A stretch of 64,000 nt of DNA from positions 1 through 64,000 of the IMG/VR virus record IMGVR_UViG_3300028384_001275; one strand, 5' to 3'. Shown in pieces: positions 54,138-64,000 of the stretch. Position numbers and translations under genes: made by a program. Origin of the DNA: a virus. The notes beneath the pieces were generated by a model. The model ran no database searches. It was not told where the DNA came from and was given only the letters and a program-made list of their open reading frames with translations. Position 1 is the stretch's first letter. Each line of letters opens with the position of its first letter.

Positions 54138-54392
54138 ATGAGTGAAAAAAATCCGATCCTGCAATTTGAAAGCGACGAAGAATATTTGAAGTGGGCGCTA
54201 GAGACGTTATCTAAGGCGGTGGAAAATTTATCTCGACGGCAAGCAATTATTGAGCAAGCGATTCAGAAGATGCCACCACCTGGTCCTGATATGATTCAAT
54301 ATAAGATTCCAGGTGATGATGACTATAGTAATATCAAAGTCATTTTAGATAATGTGTTTAAGCGTCTAAATAAATTGGAAACAGAATCTTAA
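54138..54392 (+). CDS. Hypothetical protein
   Basis: Coiled segment then YK.PG...Y......LD..F.RLN.LE. Confidence 0.6.
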   Translation: MSEKNPILQFESDEEYLKWALETLSKAVENLSRRQAIIEQAIQKMPPPGPDMIQYKIPGDDDYSNIKVILDNVFKRLNKLETES

Positions 54393-54398
54393 TACATA

Positions 54399-57300
54399 AT
54401 GGTTGCTTTTTTGCAGGAGACAGGTAGAAGTTTTCCGAATCCGATCAGCTCGGAGCAATACACTCGTCCATTTAAGCGACCATCATCAAGTAAGTATGAG
54501 TCTCATGATAAGTATCCCAATATTGGGACAGGGACTGATTACTATATTCAATTTGAGAAAGGTGGTCCTGGGTCTAAACCCCTAGGATCTGATACTGTAC
54601 ATTATTTGGGTGATACTCCTAAGATTGATGTGCGGTTTGATTCTAGTGGTAATATTGTAGTTGCGGGTGGCACATGTGATTTAGGACTCACACTACAATG
54701 GGATGATAATACAGGGACTGCTGGCACAACAGGTGCAGACGTATCAGCATCAATTAATGGATCAACAATTAGTGTATCACATGGTAGTGGTGAAAAAGGA
54801 AGTGATAGATCTAATTTAGTTTCTAACGTCGGACCTGGCACATACTCAACCAGTATTAGTAGTAATTACGGTAGGAGTATACGGGACGATCAGATTTGTT
54901 TTTATGATGATGATGGTAATGATTGTAATGCCACATTATCAATACGGGTGCAGAATCAAGAGCCAACACCAAATGCTCTTAGTTATGCAACCCATCCTAA
55001 TTTTGAGCGGCAAGCAATTTATCGTTTCTTCCGTGGTGCAAAGAATGATCACAAGTATAGTGATCTTGCTGGCATGTCTCGCGAAGACTTTGGTTGTGAG
55101 AATGAAGATTGGAGTGGAGTTGCGCGAGGGTATAACAAAGAGCCGCGTGATGGCAGACCTTCATTCTACCTGATGAATAAAGAGGTAACAGGCAGTAGTC
55201 CAATCAAACTATATTATTCATATTGGCCAGATAACACAGTATTACACTTTGGTAGCGGAAACCCATCGGGCATTACAGTTGGATGTGGTAGAAACAAATA
55301 CAAATATGTAAAGACCATTGGATATGGTTTTGCAACAGAATCTGCTGCGGGTGATTTCAAGGGATCTGCAGAGAATGCAGTGCCTTTATATCATTATCGC
55401 AAAGGTGTATATCAAAATGGACAGCAGGGAAAAGATATCGATGATTTATATACGATCGATCCCGCAAGTGAAGTTAACCTGAGTGGCGGTCCTATTGCTC
55501 CTAAGGATGCCCTGAGCGGAGAATATGTGTATCAGGGTATCTTGTGTTATATTTTTGCGTCAGATGTTGTAGATGCACCTACGATCGAATATGTTGAGGG
55601 CACTGCAATCGGACCCACAGGTCAATGTGTAGATAAAACTGACTGGTATGACTATGGAATTGAAGGTAGCGGATATGGCGATGATGAATATCGCAGATTT
55701 GATCCAGCCTCATATGCAAACTATGTGGCTGAGAGTGAGAATAGTAAAGGATATGCACCAACCACTCCTGGCACTGCGCTCTGGAATAGTGATAATGTAA
55801 CTATTCAAAATGAAGATGCACACTTCGAGTGGTTTTACGGATTGAATGGCGCAGTCAAAGCAGCACTTCCTCGTTATCTTGGATTTGAGGATGCATACGA
55901 TTCTCAGTTTATGTTTTATCTGTATGACACATCATACCCATGGAATGGTCCGATCTATGGAATCCAATATACATTGAATGATGTGCCATGTTGTCCCAAT
56001 ACAACTATTCCTGGACAAGGAGAAGATGATGATGAGCCTGGATGTGTTCCTCATGAATCATACCATTCACATTTTTATGAAATCAAACGAGACGCTTGGG
56101 AAACAACCAAGACACGTCTAAAGATCAATGATGGTAAAGAAGATGTCAATGCAAACTTTACTGAAATTGATACACTAAGTCCAAGAATTTTATTTCGTTA
56201 TACAAGTAGAGATGGTGATTGGAATCGTGGTGATACTATTAATGGATGGTTTGTTAACGCAGTTTTCTATTATGGAGATGAGTTGAAAGTTGGTGTTATG
56301 CACCTTAGTGGCAATGGTAATGATTTCACTTATAACTCGGCATATACATCTACAGACGGTGGTGCTATTCGCGTATTGGCAGGATATGGTATTCCTAACA
56401 AAGCTGCATTTGCTGGCGTCTATGAATTTCCAAAGAAGATTTCATATTGGAAGGTTGAGATTTCACCCAATGCATTGATTCCGAATCGCACACTTGATGA
56501 AGCGGTACTAAAAGCATATGTTAATAAGAAGGGTGAAGTCAGTGAAATTGAAATTATCAATTCTGGTAGAGGATATGAAAACCCTCTGATTAAAGTTATC
56601 AACCCAGGTCTACTGGAAGATTTTAATGCTAACGATACTGCAAAAATTATCAAAGCAAAAGTTGGCATGAATGCCGACTTTGAAAAAGCTATTGAAAATC
56701 CAAATGTCACTTTTTCATCAAGAGATATTGGAAAAGATAGTCATGAGGTATTTGGTATCAAGACAGGACAGTTTAGACCAAAGAATAAAAACAAAAGTCC
56801 TTATGTTTCTAAGGAAGCAGTCATTGAAGTAACTAAACTTACAGATGAGGGTGGTATTGATAGTGTCCGCATTATTGATGGTGGATCAGGATATAGTAGT
56901 GATGAAATTCCTGATGTGTTGGTAGCAGATCCTGAGTATATCAAATATGATTCACCTCCCCAACCAGGCAAACAAAAAAATAGATTTAATAAGTCTCTAG
57001 AATCTATGGGTGCTCATATGGCAGCATCATGGTCTGAAGTGCAAAACTTGAATTCACTTGCAACATCAAACAAATCGGGTAAGACTAACAAAAAAGAAAG
57101 TGGTCTATTAGATACCAGCACTGAATATACTCAGTCTTCTGTAAACTTTATCAGAGATGGTATTAGTGTAGAGATACCAGATTCTTACATTAGAGTGCCT
57201 CAAGAAGAGATTAGTGAAGACGAATTGCACATGTGCTTTGACTTGCCTGCAACATGTATTAAAGTTGATGCAAGAACAAACCTTAGTAAGGCATTACCCA

Positions 57301-58613
57301 AACAGGATCAATTTTCAGAAGTTAGTAAATTTAGCACTGGAATTTCAGAATTTGAAAAAGAAGCCATGCCCTATGTTGCTAGGGCAGGAGACTCGGTAGA
57401 TGCACATGGTGAAAATATGTCACACCTCTATGCGCCCTTCGGAAAAGATCGGTGTATTAAGATGGGACAACCTAAGCTTTATAATATTCAAAGATGGTTT
57501 GAGATGCCTTGTCCCTATTTGGCACAGAAGCAAGGGGGAGATGAAAACCTCGGTGAAGGTGTATCAAAGAAGAAAAGGAAGAATAGAAAATATGGAAATA
57601 AGCAAAGAGCATATGGATATCTTCCATATCAATATTGTGCATCTAAGGAAGAGAGTGCATCCTTCACAGTATCCATGGAATTTGAAGGTCGGACTATTGG
57701 ATCTCAGGGCGAAGCATTTATGAATTATCTAAACAGAATGCCCAAACCAAAACTTGCTCCTGTAAGAAAAGTTACTAATGGTAAGAAAACATGGAATTGT
57801 AATGATGGTGATGTTGAGGGTAGATGCTATCACAATGATGACGGTGATGTTGTATTTGTTGCTATCGGGGGAGATGAAAATACCTATGACTATAACAGCA
57901 TCGATGGGTATAGTGAGTATGATCAATTTCAAACTTGGTTACAAGACAACCTAACATCACAGCTAACTCCCACAAGTGCTTATTGGACATTTACAACCAC
58001 AACCACTACTCCTGGATCAGGTGTAGAAGGAGATCCAGATTATGTCCCCCCTGTTACTACCACTACTACCGACAATGAAGATGGTGTAGACTTTAATTAC
58101 CCATATACAGCGTTTAGTGTAGATTGCTCTACACCATATCCAGCGCATGAGTGTTGGGATACTTATGCTGGATCTAATGGACCCCTAAATGTCTATTGCG
58201 GATACGATAGAAATGGCACGGGCATACCTGGAAAACGGTGGTGGGAAATTACAGCATTTAATAGGACAAATCCATTTTGTACATCTTGCCCTCCTGTAGT
58301 TTATGGATCTGCATATGCATTCTTCAATATGAATCAGGGGTCAGGAGCTAGTGTCGGATTGACATATGTGAATGATGCATCTATTGCAATCAATCCACAA
58401 AGAATGACAGAAGATGATGAGTTAAATAATAAGAAAAGAATGGTGCTTGGTCCTTACGACGGAAAGGTTACTATTCGCAACTGGTTGACTGGTGGCACTA
58501 TTGCTCTAGGTAGATCCATTAACAATTTTGGCAATCCATTCTTTGATGAATGCTCTCAGCCAGATGAGGGTAGTGCATGGACAGATGGTCAAACAATTAA
58601 TGAGGAGTTTTAA
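54399..58613 (+). CDS. Large virion structural protein
   Basis: 1404 aa; I.IIN.G.GY..P repeats typical of T4-like cyanophage baseplate/fibre proteins; TAAATA at 54367. Confidence 0.7.
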   Translation: MVAFLQETGRSFPNPISSEQYTRPFKRPSSSKYESHDKYPNIGTGTDYYIQFEKGGPGSKPLGSDTVHYLGDTPKIDVRFDSSGNIVVAGGTCDLGLTLQWDDNTGTAGTTGADVSASINGSTISVSHGSGEKGSDRSNLVSNVGPGTYSTSISSNYGRSIRDDQICFYDDDGNDCNATLSIRVQNQEPTPNALSYATHPNFERQAIYRFFRGAKNDHKYSDLAGMSREDFGCENEDWSGVARGYNKEPRDGRPSFYLMNKEVTGSSPIKLYYSYWPDNTVLHFGSGNPSGITVGCGRNKYKYVKTIGYGFATESAAGDFKGSAENAVPLYHYRKGVYQNGQQGKDIDDLYTIDPASEVNLSGGPIAPKDALSGEYVYQGILCYIFASDVVDAPTIEYVEGTAIGPTGQCVDKTDWYDYGIEGSGYGDDEYRRFDPASYANYVAESENSKGYAPTTPGTALWNSDNVTIQNEDAHFEWFYGLNGAVKAALPRYLGFEDAYDSQFMFYLYDTSYPWNGPIYGIQYTLNDVPCCPNTTIPGQGEDDDEPGCVPHESYHSHFYEIKRDAWETTKTRLKINDGKEDVNANFTEIDTLSPRILFRYTSRDGDWNRGDTINGWFVNAVFYYGDELKVGVMHLSGNGNDFTYNSAYTSTDGGAIRVLAGYGIPNKAAFAGVYEFPKKISYWKVEISPNALIPNRTLDEAVLKAYVNKKGEVSEIEIINSGRGYENPLIKVINPGLLEDFNANDTAKIIKAKVGMNADFEKAIENPNVTFSSRDIGKDSHEVFGIKTGQFRPKNKNKSPYVSKEAVIEVTKLTDEGGIDSVRIIDGGSGYSSDEIPDVLVADPEYIKYDSPPQPGKQKNRFNKSLESMGAHMAASWSEVQNLNSLATSNKSGKTNKKESGLLDTSTEYTQSSVNFIRDGISVEIPDSYIRVPQEEISEDELHMCFDLPATCIKVDARTNLSKALPKQDQFSEVSKFSTGISEFEKEAMPYVARAGDSVDAHGENMSHLYAPFGKDRCIKMGQPKLYNIQRWFEMPCPYLAQKQGGDENLGEGVSKKKRKNRKYGNKQRAYGYLPYQYCASKEESASFTVSMEFEGRTIGSQGEAFMNYLNRMPKPKLAPVRKVTNGKKTWNCNDGDVEGRCYHNDDGDVVFVAIGGDENTYDYNSIDGYSEYDQFQTWLQDNLTSQLTPTSAYWTFTTTTTTPGSGVEGDPDYVPPVTTTTTDNEDGVDFNYPYTAFSVDCSTPYPAHECWDTYAGSNGPLNVYCGYDRNGTGIPGKRWWEITAFNRTNPFCTSCPPVVYGSAYAFFNMNQGSGASVGLTYVNDASIAINPQRMTEDDELNNKKRMVLGPYDGKVTIRNWLTGGTIALGRSINNFGNPFFDECSQPDEGSAWTDGQTINEEF

Positions 58614-58615
58614 TC

Positions 58616-59146
58616 ATGGCATTTGGATTTCTTAAACCAGTATCATCTTTGAATGGATTGCCTTGCTCAGGGCATGGACTGTGCCTACCCTCTACTATCC
58701 ACTCAGTGCAGGCATGTGGCACTCCTGCAATTCCATATCCAATATTGATTAAAAATTTCACATGTTGGTGGCCACCTCTCCCAATGGTGCCAACATTTCC
58801 TGTAACTCCTGAGCGAGCCACAGTTCTTGTGAATCGAGTGCCAGTTAGTGTAATGGGAGATACGTTTTCTTTGCACCCATCTACTTGCACAAATATTGTT
58901 GTCCATATATGTCCATGTGGCAAATCAATGTGTGCTATACCATCGCCAGTCCCCTGCAGTGCCTTAACGATTGAAGATGGTGGTGTTGGGCATGTGAGAG
59001 TTGTAGTTGCAACTAGCTTAACAGTTTTTGCATTCAAACGACCCATTGCTAGGATGCTAGACCCTCTTGGTGTTGGATTTCCTGGATTTTCACTGCCTTG
59101 CTCATCTACAGTTGCGTTTGGGCACCCGACTGTGCTATCATCATAG
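58616..59146 (+). CDS. Cys-rich PAAR-like spike tip protein (gp5.4-like)
   Basis: C.GH, TVLVN..P....GD....H, VFA..RPIAR..D, CSS.VA.G..TV. Confidence 0.7.
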   Translation: MAFGFLKPVSSLNGLPCSGHGLCLPSTIHSVQACGTPAIPYPILIKNFTCWWPPLPMVPTFPVTPERATVLVNRVPVSVMGDTFSLHPSTCTNIVVHICPCGKSMCAIPSPVPCSALTIEDGGVGHVRVVVATSLTVFAFKRPIARMLDPLGVGFPGFSLPCSSTVAFGHPTVLSS

Positions 59147-59163
59147 GGTCCTAAAGGAGCAAA

Positions 59164-59313
59164 ATGGCAGCAAAATCACGAGTAGGTCTCTCAGGAGGCA
59201 ACTTTATTGGTGGAAAACCGAAGACAACCCGACAAGGGTCATCTAAGAACACTAAATATTCAGCAACTTCCTCAAATGCAAAGAAAAAGCGGTATCGTGG
59301 ACAAGGACGCTAA
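59164..59313 (+). CDS. Small basic protein ending KKRYRGQGR (49 aa, not in ORF track)
   Basis: AGGAG RBS; GKPKTTRQG...KRYRGQGR. Confidence 0.7.
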   Translation: MAAKSRVGLSGGNFIGGKPKTTRQGSSKNTKYSATSSNAKKKRYRGQGR

Positions 59314-59470
59314 GGTAAAAACCACACCACAGTTGGTTAATGAGTCCAATTTGGCACTCTACCGTGTCTCTATGAATGTCCCGCAAGCAGCAAAGCATTG
59401 TGGAATGACTCTTAGAGAAATGAAAATGACATTTAGGGAGTTTCTAAAAACAAATCCTCCTGAAATGTAA
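59297..59470 (+). CDS. Small HTH-like hypothetical protein
   Basis: MN.P.AAKHCGMT..EMK.TF; GTG start at 59297 inferred. Confidence 0.55.
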   Translation: MDKDAKVKTTPQLVNESNLALYRVSMNVPQAAKHCGMTLREMKMTFREFLKTNPPEM

Positions 59471-59970
59471 TGAAAAATCTCCTCTTCATCAGTCAAGATC
59501 GGGAAATGGCTCTCATACAAGAGTTAATTTACAAGATCAAAAAGTGGCAACCTGATTGGCACCCCTCTCGGACTTGCTTTTTGTGTGTATCGCCCGACTA
59601 TTCAAGCATTGTTACTCAACATTTGAGTCATGCTTTGACTGTTGATGGGGAGATTTTCAATATTGAAGCGGTAAACGTGCCGTTTCCTGATGAAAGTCAT
59701 ATGAATTATAAGGTTGACTTTGAAATCAACCTTCAGCAATGGAAACAAAAGTGGGAAAGCTTTGTCTTAATTGAAGCTGGAGTCATCAGAGGGGGCAACT
59801 ACACCTGGTTGACTGAGACAATGGAAGCAAATAGTGTCTCAGATTACGACACAGTTGCACTATGTGAGAATGTTAAGAGTAAATTCCAGTCTGATTTTGT
59901 TTCGCTTTACTACGATAACGATATTGACGATCTCCATTTCTGGTGGGAGCAGCCAAACAATCATTGGTAA
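59470..59970 (+). CDS. Phosphoribosyltransferase-like hypothetical protein
   Basis: FVLIEAGVIRGGNY resembles a degenerate PRPP loop; ends L.FWWE. Confidence 0.5.
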   Translation: MKNLLFISQDREMALIQELIYKIKKWQPDWHPSRTCFLCVSPDYSSIVTQHLSHALTVDGEIFNIEAVNVPFPDESHMNYKVDFEINLQQWKQKWESFVLIEAGVIRGGNYTWLTETMEANSVSDYDTVALCENVKSKFQSDFVSLYYDNDIDDLHFWWEQPNNHW

Positions 59971-60002
59971 CCCAATAAATAACTCAGAGAGTCATCATTA
60001 CT

Positions 60003-60158
60003 ATGGCAAACTCCCCTGTCCCAGACCAGTCTGAAGATTTCCTATCAAGAATGACACTTATCACTGACCCGAGGAGTGATAAATATCTCAAGCGAGTCAA
60101 AAAATCACTAGAGTCTGATAAATGTCAAGATACAGATTCCGATCAGAAAAATATGTAA
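60003..60158 (+). CDS. Small hypothetical protein (51 aa, not in ORF track)
   Basis: After TAAATA (59976); MANSPVPDQS...LITDP.SD.YL. Confidence 0.5.
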   Translation: MANSPVPDQSEDFLSRMTLITDPRSDKYLKRVKKSLESDKCQDTDSDQKNM

Positions 60159-60535
60159 GTAGAGGATACAAGGATTTTGCAATTTCTTTTGCACCCAATC
60201 CTTCTACTGAAGATTTTGGAGCTGTTAAAAATGCAAATGCAATTAAACAGTCCGTAAGGAATCTTTTACTTACTCGTTTTGGGGAGAGACCCTTCCAAGA
60301 AAATATTGGGTCGCGGATTAAGTCTCTATTATTTGAGCCATTTGATCCATTTTCTGTGGATGAAATGAAAATGGAGATAATTAATGTCCTCACACGTCTA
60401 GAACCGCGCATCGAAATATCTAGAATTGAGATTTTAGACGAAAGTGATGTAAATTCCGTAAAAATTGAGCTAGATTTCAACATCGTTGGTGAAGAATTAG
60501 TCCAAACTATCGACTTCCTCTTGGAAAGAACGTAA
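60122..60535 (+). CDS. gp25: Baseplate wedge protein gp25
   Basis: AIKQSV.NL.LT..GERPF...GS....LFE, EPR. Confidence 0.9.
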   Translation: MSRYRFRSEKYVSRGYKDFAISFAPNPSTEDFGAVKNANAIKQSVRNLLLTRFGERPFQENIGSRIKSLLFEPFDPFSVDEMKMEIINVLTRLEPRIEISRIEILDESDVNSVKIELDFNIVGEELVQTIDFLLERT

Positions 60536-60536
60536 A

Positions 60537-62723
60537 ATGCCTGCAATTCCCTCACAATTAACGTCTTTAGACTTCTTTGAGATCAAAGAATCAATCAGAT
60601 CGTACTTGAGGACTCGTAAAGAGTTTACTGATTACGATTTTGAGGGAAGTGCTGCATCTTATTTGATTGATATCTTAGCATATAATACTTACTACACCGC
60701 ATTTAATGCCAACATGGCGCTGAATGAGGCATTTTTGGAGACTGCTACGGTTAGAGACAACATTGTCAAGCTAGCAAAACAGTTAAATTACACTCCTAGG
60801 TCGATTAAAGCTCCAAAGGGGTGTGTTAATTTGATTGTGCAGACCCAACAATCTATTAATGGTGCAACATTCCCCGAATTTGTCACTATGAAGGCGGGCG
60901 ATGTCTTTGTTGCTGATAATTCTACGGATAGTTTTACCTTTGCTTTGATGAGAGATATCAAAGTTCCCGTAGAATCGGGCACTGGTAAGGCATATTTTAA
61001 CAATGTCACCATTTATCAAGGCAATCGACTCCATTACAACTATACAGTTGATTATACGAAGAATCAAGAATTCATTATTCCCGATGAAAACGTCGATACT
61101 GAGCTTTTAGTAGTCTCAATTTCTCCAAATGCACAATCTTCAGAGAAAGATGCTTATAATTTGGCGGCAAATGTGACTACTCTCGATTCAAATTCGCGAA
61201 TTTACTATCTTGAAGAAGCAGAAGACCTTAGATATCGTCTAGTTTTCGGTGATGGTGTTATTGGACGCAAATTAATTGATGGAGAATACATCACAATTAC
61301 ATATTTGTCCACAGAAGGCGTTGAAGCTAACGGAGCAAGTGATTTTTCATTCATTGGACAAGTCGTAGACAGTGATAATCGAGTTATTGCCCCAAATAAG
61401 ATTTCTACAGAGACAAAGGACAAGGCACAGCAAGGAGAAAATCCCGAATCTGCATTATCAGTTAAGATGAATGCTCCTAGAGCATATGCAGCTCAAAATA
61501 GGGCAGTTACTGAGTCTGATTATGAAACCATCACTGCTCAGATCTATCCCCAGGCTGCGTCTGTAACCGCCTATGGGGGCGAGAAACTGACTCCTCCTGT
61601 ATATGGCAAGGTCTTCATTGCAATTCGCCCCAAAACTGGCACAAAGCTAAATGCATCGACTAAAAAGTCGATTGAGAATGATTTGAAAAAATATACAGTT
61701 GCATCAATTCTTCCTGAAGTAATTGATCCCACTACTTACTACATCATTCCAAAAACTTATGCATATTATGACGGTAATGCAACTAATCAAACAGGATCTG
61801 AAATTGGCACATCAATCCTGCAAAACATAGACAAGTTTAACAGGGATGGTCAGCAGAATCGTTTTGGTGGTCGTATTGATGGATCTAATTTTGGATCAAT
61901 GATTGATAATAGTGATACTGCAGTTAGGGGTAATGTCACTCAAATGACAGTTGGTCAAAACCTTGATCAATTTACATTTGGAAATGTTTTTACTCAGTGC
62001 CTTAACTATGGAAATCCACTTTCAGATCCAGGTAAATATTCTGGCACCCCAGATGGCAGTAATAACGGCGACGGCAATGGTGATGGAGATGGTAATAATG
62101 GAAATGGTGATGGAAATGGTGATGGTGATGGTGATAATGGAAATGGTGATGGTAACGGCGGTGATGGTAAATGTAAGCCTTCATTCTCGACAGTTAAGTC
62201 GGGCACTTTTTACGCAACAGGGTATACCGAGCAACTGGCAAACCTTGCTGCAGACGGAAGTGGTGTAGCACCAACTCTTGTCGATTCTGCATTTACATCG
62301 GGCGATACTACTGAAACTCTTGTCCCTGTAAATATTAGAGATGACGGTCAAGGAAACCTGATGTTGGTGACACTCAGAGACGAATCTGAAGTTGTCCTGA
62401 ATCCTACGGTAGGTACAGTTGATTATGCTAATGGTGTTGTTTGCGTAGGACCACTTGCAATTTCTGGCACACCCGATGATACTGAAAGGGTGCCTATTCA
62501 AGTCGTCCCATTTGGTGGATCTATTACTATTCCACCTGGTGTTGACCCCACTATCTTTAATCCTACGGTCAATCCAATCAACTTTAGAATTGAAGATATT
62601 TCAATCCCCAACTTCGATCCCAATAACTTTAGTGGTTATAACTACGGTGATGTGGGGGGTATAAATATCATTGATTATCCAACGGATAACTTCACATATC
62701 CAGTATCGGACTCTTGTTTCTGA
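60537..62723 (+). CDS. gp6: Baseplate wedge protein gp6
   Basis: LDF..IK....YL....FTDYDFEGS, LAYNTYY.A.N.NM..NE.FL, FGDG..G, AP..Y..QNRAVT..DY, GGE...PP.YGKV. Confidence 0.92.
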   Translation: MPAIPSQLTSLDFFEIKESIRSYLRTRKEFTDYDFEGSAASYLIDILAYNTYYTAFNANMALNEAFLETATVRDNIVKLAKQLNYTPRSIKAPKGCVNLIVQTQQSINGATFPEFVTMKAGDVFVADNSTDSFTFALMRDIKVPVESGTGKAYFNNVTIYQGNRLHYNYTVDYTKNQEFIIPDENVDTELLVVSISPNAQSSEKDAYNLAANVTTLDSNSRIYYLEEAEDLRYRLVFGDGVIGRKLIDGEYITITYLSTEGVEANGASDFSFIGQVVDSDNRVIAPNKISTETKDKAQQGENPESALSVKMNAPRAYAAQNRAVTESDYETITAQIYPQAASVTAYGGEKLTPPVYGKVFIAIRPKTGTKLNASTKKSIENDLKKYTVASILPEVIDPTTYYIIPKTYAYYDGNATNQTGSEIGTSILQNIDKFNRDGQQNRFGGRIDGSNFGSMIDNSDTAVRGNVTQMTVGQNLDQFTFGNVFTQCLNYGNPLSDPGKYSGTPDGSNNGDGNGDGDGNNGNGDGNGDGDGDNGNGDGNGGDGKCKPSFSTVKSGTFYATGYTEQLANLAADGSGVAPTLVDSAFTSGDTTETLVPVNIRDDGQGNLMLVTLRDESEVVLNPTVGTVDYANGVVCVGPLAISGTPDDTERVPIQVVPFGGSITIPPGVDPTIFNPTVNPINFRIEDISIPNFDPNNFSGYNYGDVGGINIIDYPTDNFTYPVSDSCF
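62052..62168 (+). repeat. Low-complexity GNGDG-type coding repeat in gp6
   Basis: DGSNNGDGNGDGDGNNGNGDGNGDGDGDNGNGDGNGGDG. Confidence 0.8.
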
Positions 62724-62728
62724 GATAG

Positions 62729-64000
62729 ATGCCTAAACAGAATATTAACGTATCGGACAGAGTTGAAAATCAACTTCCTGAATTTATTCGGGAAGAAGAT
62801 ACTCAGCTTGTAAACTTCCTTTTTCAATACTACAAGTCTCAGGAAAAAACAGGTCGTCCTTATGACATCCTGAATAACTTACTGAATTATCTCGACCTGG
62901 ATGCATATAGCACCCGAGAGTTGACAGGTAGCACTGAGCTCCTGAATGATATTGATACTGCGAATACTAAAATTGAAATCGAGTCAATCGATGGATTCCG
63001 TGATAAAAACGGATCGATCATGATTGATAATGAGGTGATCTACTACGAGACGGTCACCCGTGGTCCTGATGCGATTATTACTCCTGGACTATCTTATCCA
63101 CAATTCAAAAAGAAAGAGCAGCAACTAGAGAATCCATTTCCTCTGTTTGATGGGACTCGGACTGCATTCCCTCTTTCCTTTCTCGGCACCCCTGTAACAC
63201 CCCCTTCCGCCGAGCACCTGATTGTTATTGCATATAATCAGTTAATGATCCCTGGTGTTGATTACACCCTTGATAATAGCACTATTAATTTCACATCTGC
63301 TCCTAGAGCAAGGACTGGTGCGGATAACTCTGACTTCACACAGTTTACTTATCTGGTAGGTTACGCTGATCAGACTATTAAGACACTCGATACTGTCGAT
63401 GGTAGTGTTTATAATGGCAAAAAAGAATATCCATTAAAATTTAATACTGAAAATTATAGTCCAACATCAGAGAGTGGTCTTCTTGTCAATAAGAATGGCA
63501 GACTTCTCACACCATATGAAGATTATACTATCTTCTACGATAAGCTGATCTTTGATAATCCTGTAAGTGGATCAGACGCTATTCATATCAGATCTGTTGA
63601 ATATATTGCTCCTTCCTATGGATCTGGTGCTGTTGGTATTGTAGAAGTTGATGATTCTGGAAGTGTATCTAAAATTAGATCTAAGGTTGGTGGATCTGGT
63701 TATCGTTTGGATTTTAATCCAAAAGTTTCTATTCAATCAAATACTGGTAGAGGAGCAACCGCTCGATCTCTTGTCGGTGGTGTTAAAAACATTAATCTAA
63801 TTGATGGTGGACAAGGATACACTTCATATAACCCACCCATCCCCATAGTAGCACGACCATCTTCTGCTAACGGCAGTCCAGCTAAGTTGTCACTAACAGT
63901 CGATGATGAGACTGGTCAAGTTTCAGAGATTTCCCTTGACAATAGTGGTAGTGGATATGAATTTATTCCAGCTATTACGTTTGTTAACCCTGGTGGGGCA
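62729..64000 (+). CDS. gp7: Baseplate wedge initiator gp7-like giant protein (3'-truncated by the window)
   Basis: ATG 62729: MPKQNINVSDRVENQLPEFIREED..LVNFL..YYKSQE; follows gp6; G.GY...P repeats near the window end. Confidence 0.8.
   Translation, partial: MPKQNINVSDRVENQLPEFIREEDTQLVNFLFQYYKSQEKTGRPYDILNNLLNYLDLDAYSTRELTGSTELLNDIDTANTKIEIESIDGFRDKNGSIMIDNEVIYYETVTRGPDAIITPGLSYPQFKKKEQQLENPFPLFDGTRTAFPLSFLGTPVTPPSAEHLIVIAYNQLMIPGVDYTLDNSTINFTSAPRARTGADNSDFTQFTYLVGYADQTIKTLDTVDGSVYNGKKEYPLKFNTENYSPTSESGLLVNKNGRLLTPYEDYTIFYDKLIFDNPVSGSDAIHIRSVEYIAPSYGSGAVGIVEVDDSGSVSKIRSKVGGSGYRLDFNPKVSIQSNTGRGATARSLVGGVKNINLIDGGQGYTSYNPPIPIVARPSSANGSPAKLSLTVDDETGQVSEISLDNSGSGYEFIPAITFVNPGGA

Noticed and set aside
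53940-54392. AbrB/MazE plus downstream ORF as a toxin-antitoxin pair
   Set aside because: The downstream protein shows no PIN, MazF or RelE features.

Overview
A 64 kb segment of a T4-like marine cyanophage (cyanomyovirus) genome, almost all on the + strand. In order: thyX-phoH-exonuclease-gp33-gp32; baseplate/tail genes (gp53, gp48, gp4, gp2, gp19/54-like, gp26, gp51, two tape-measure-like paralogues, gp5); auxiliary metabolic genes cp12, cpeT and talC; three tRNAs (Thr, Ala, Asn); tail-fibre/virion genes ending in three tandem 269-aa glycine-rich paralogues; a flavin-dependent halogenase followed by a run of 2OG-Fe(II)/JmjC oxygenases; a nuclease-like gene next to a broken DNA methyltransferase; an early-gene island built from repeated promoter modules; an origin-like region; then NlpC/P60, a large virion protein, PAAR, gp25, gp6 and the start of gp7. 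Main observations beyond gene calls: (1) a -1 slippery site that would fuse gp26 to gp51 like lambda G/GT; (2) an abrupt GC-skew flip with clustered TTTTCCACA DnaA-type boxes and interleaved inverted repeats at about 52.4-53.4 kb; (3) strong avoidance of GAAC/GTTC/GTAC and GGCC but not GATC; (4) a possible tail-fibre-tip modification system (triplet paralogues, halogenase, oxygenases); (5) dyad-operator early promoters with a fixed 28-nt spacing. All protein calls come from motif recognition and synteny; no searches were run.
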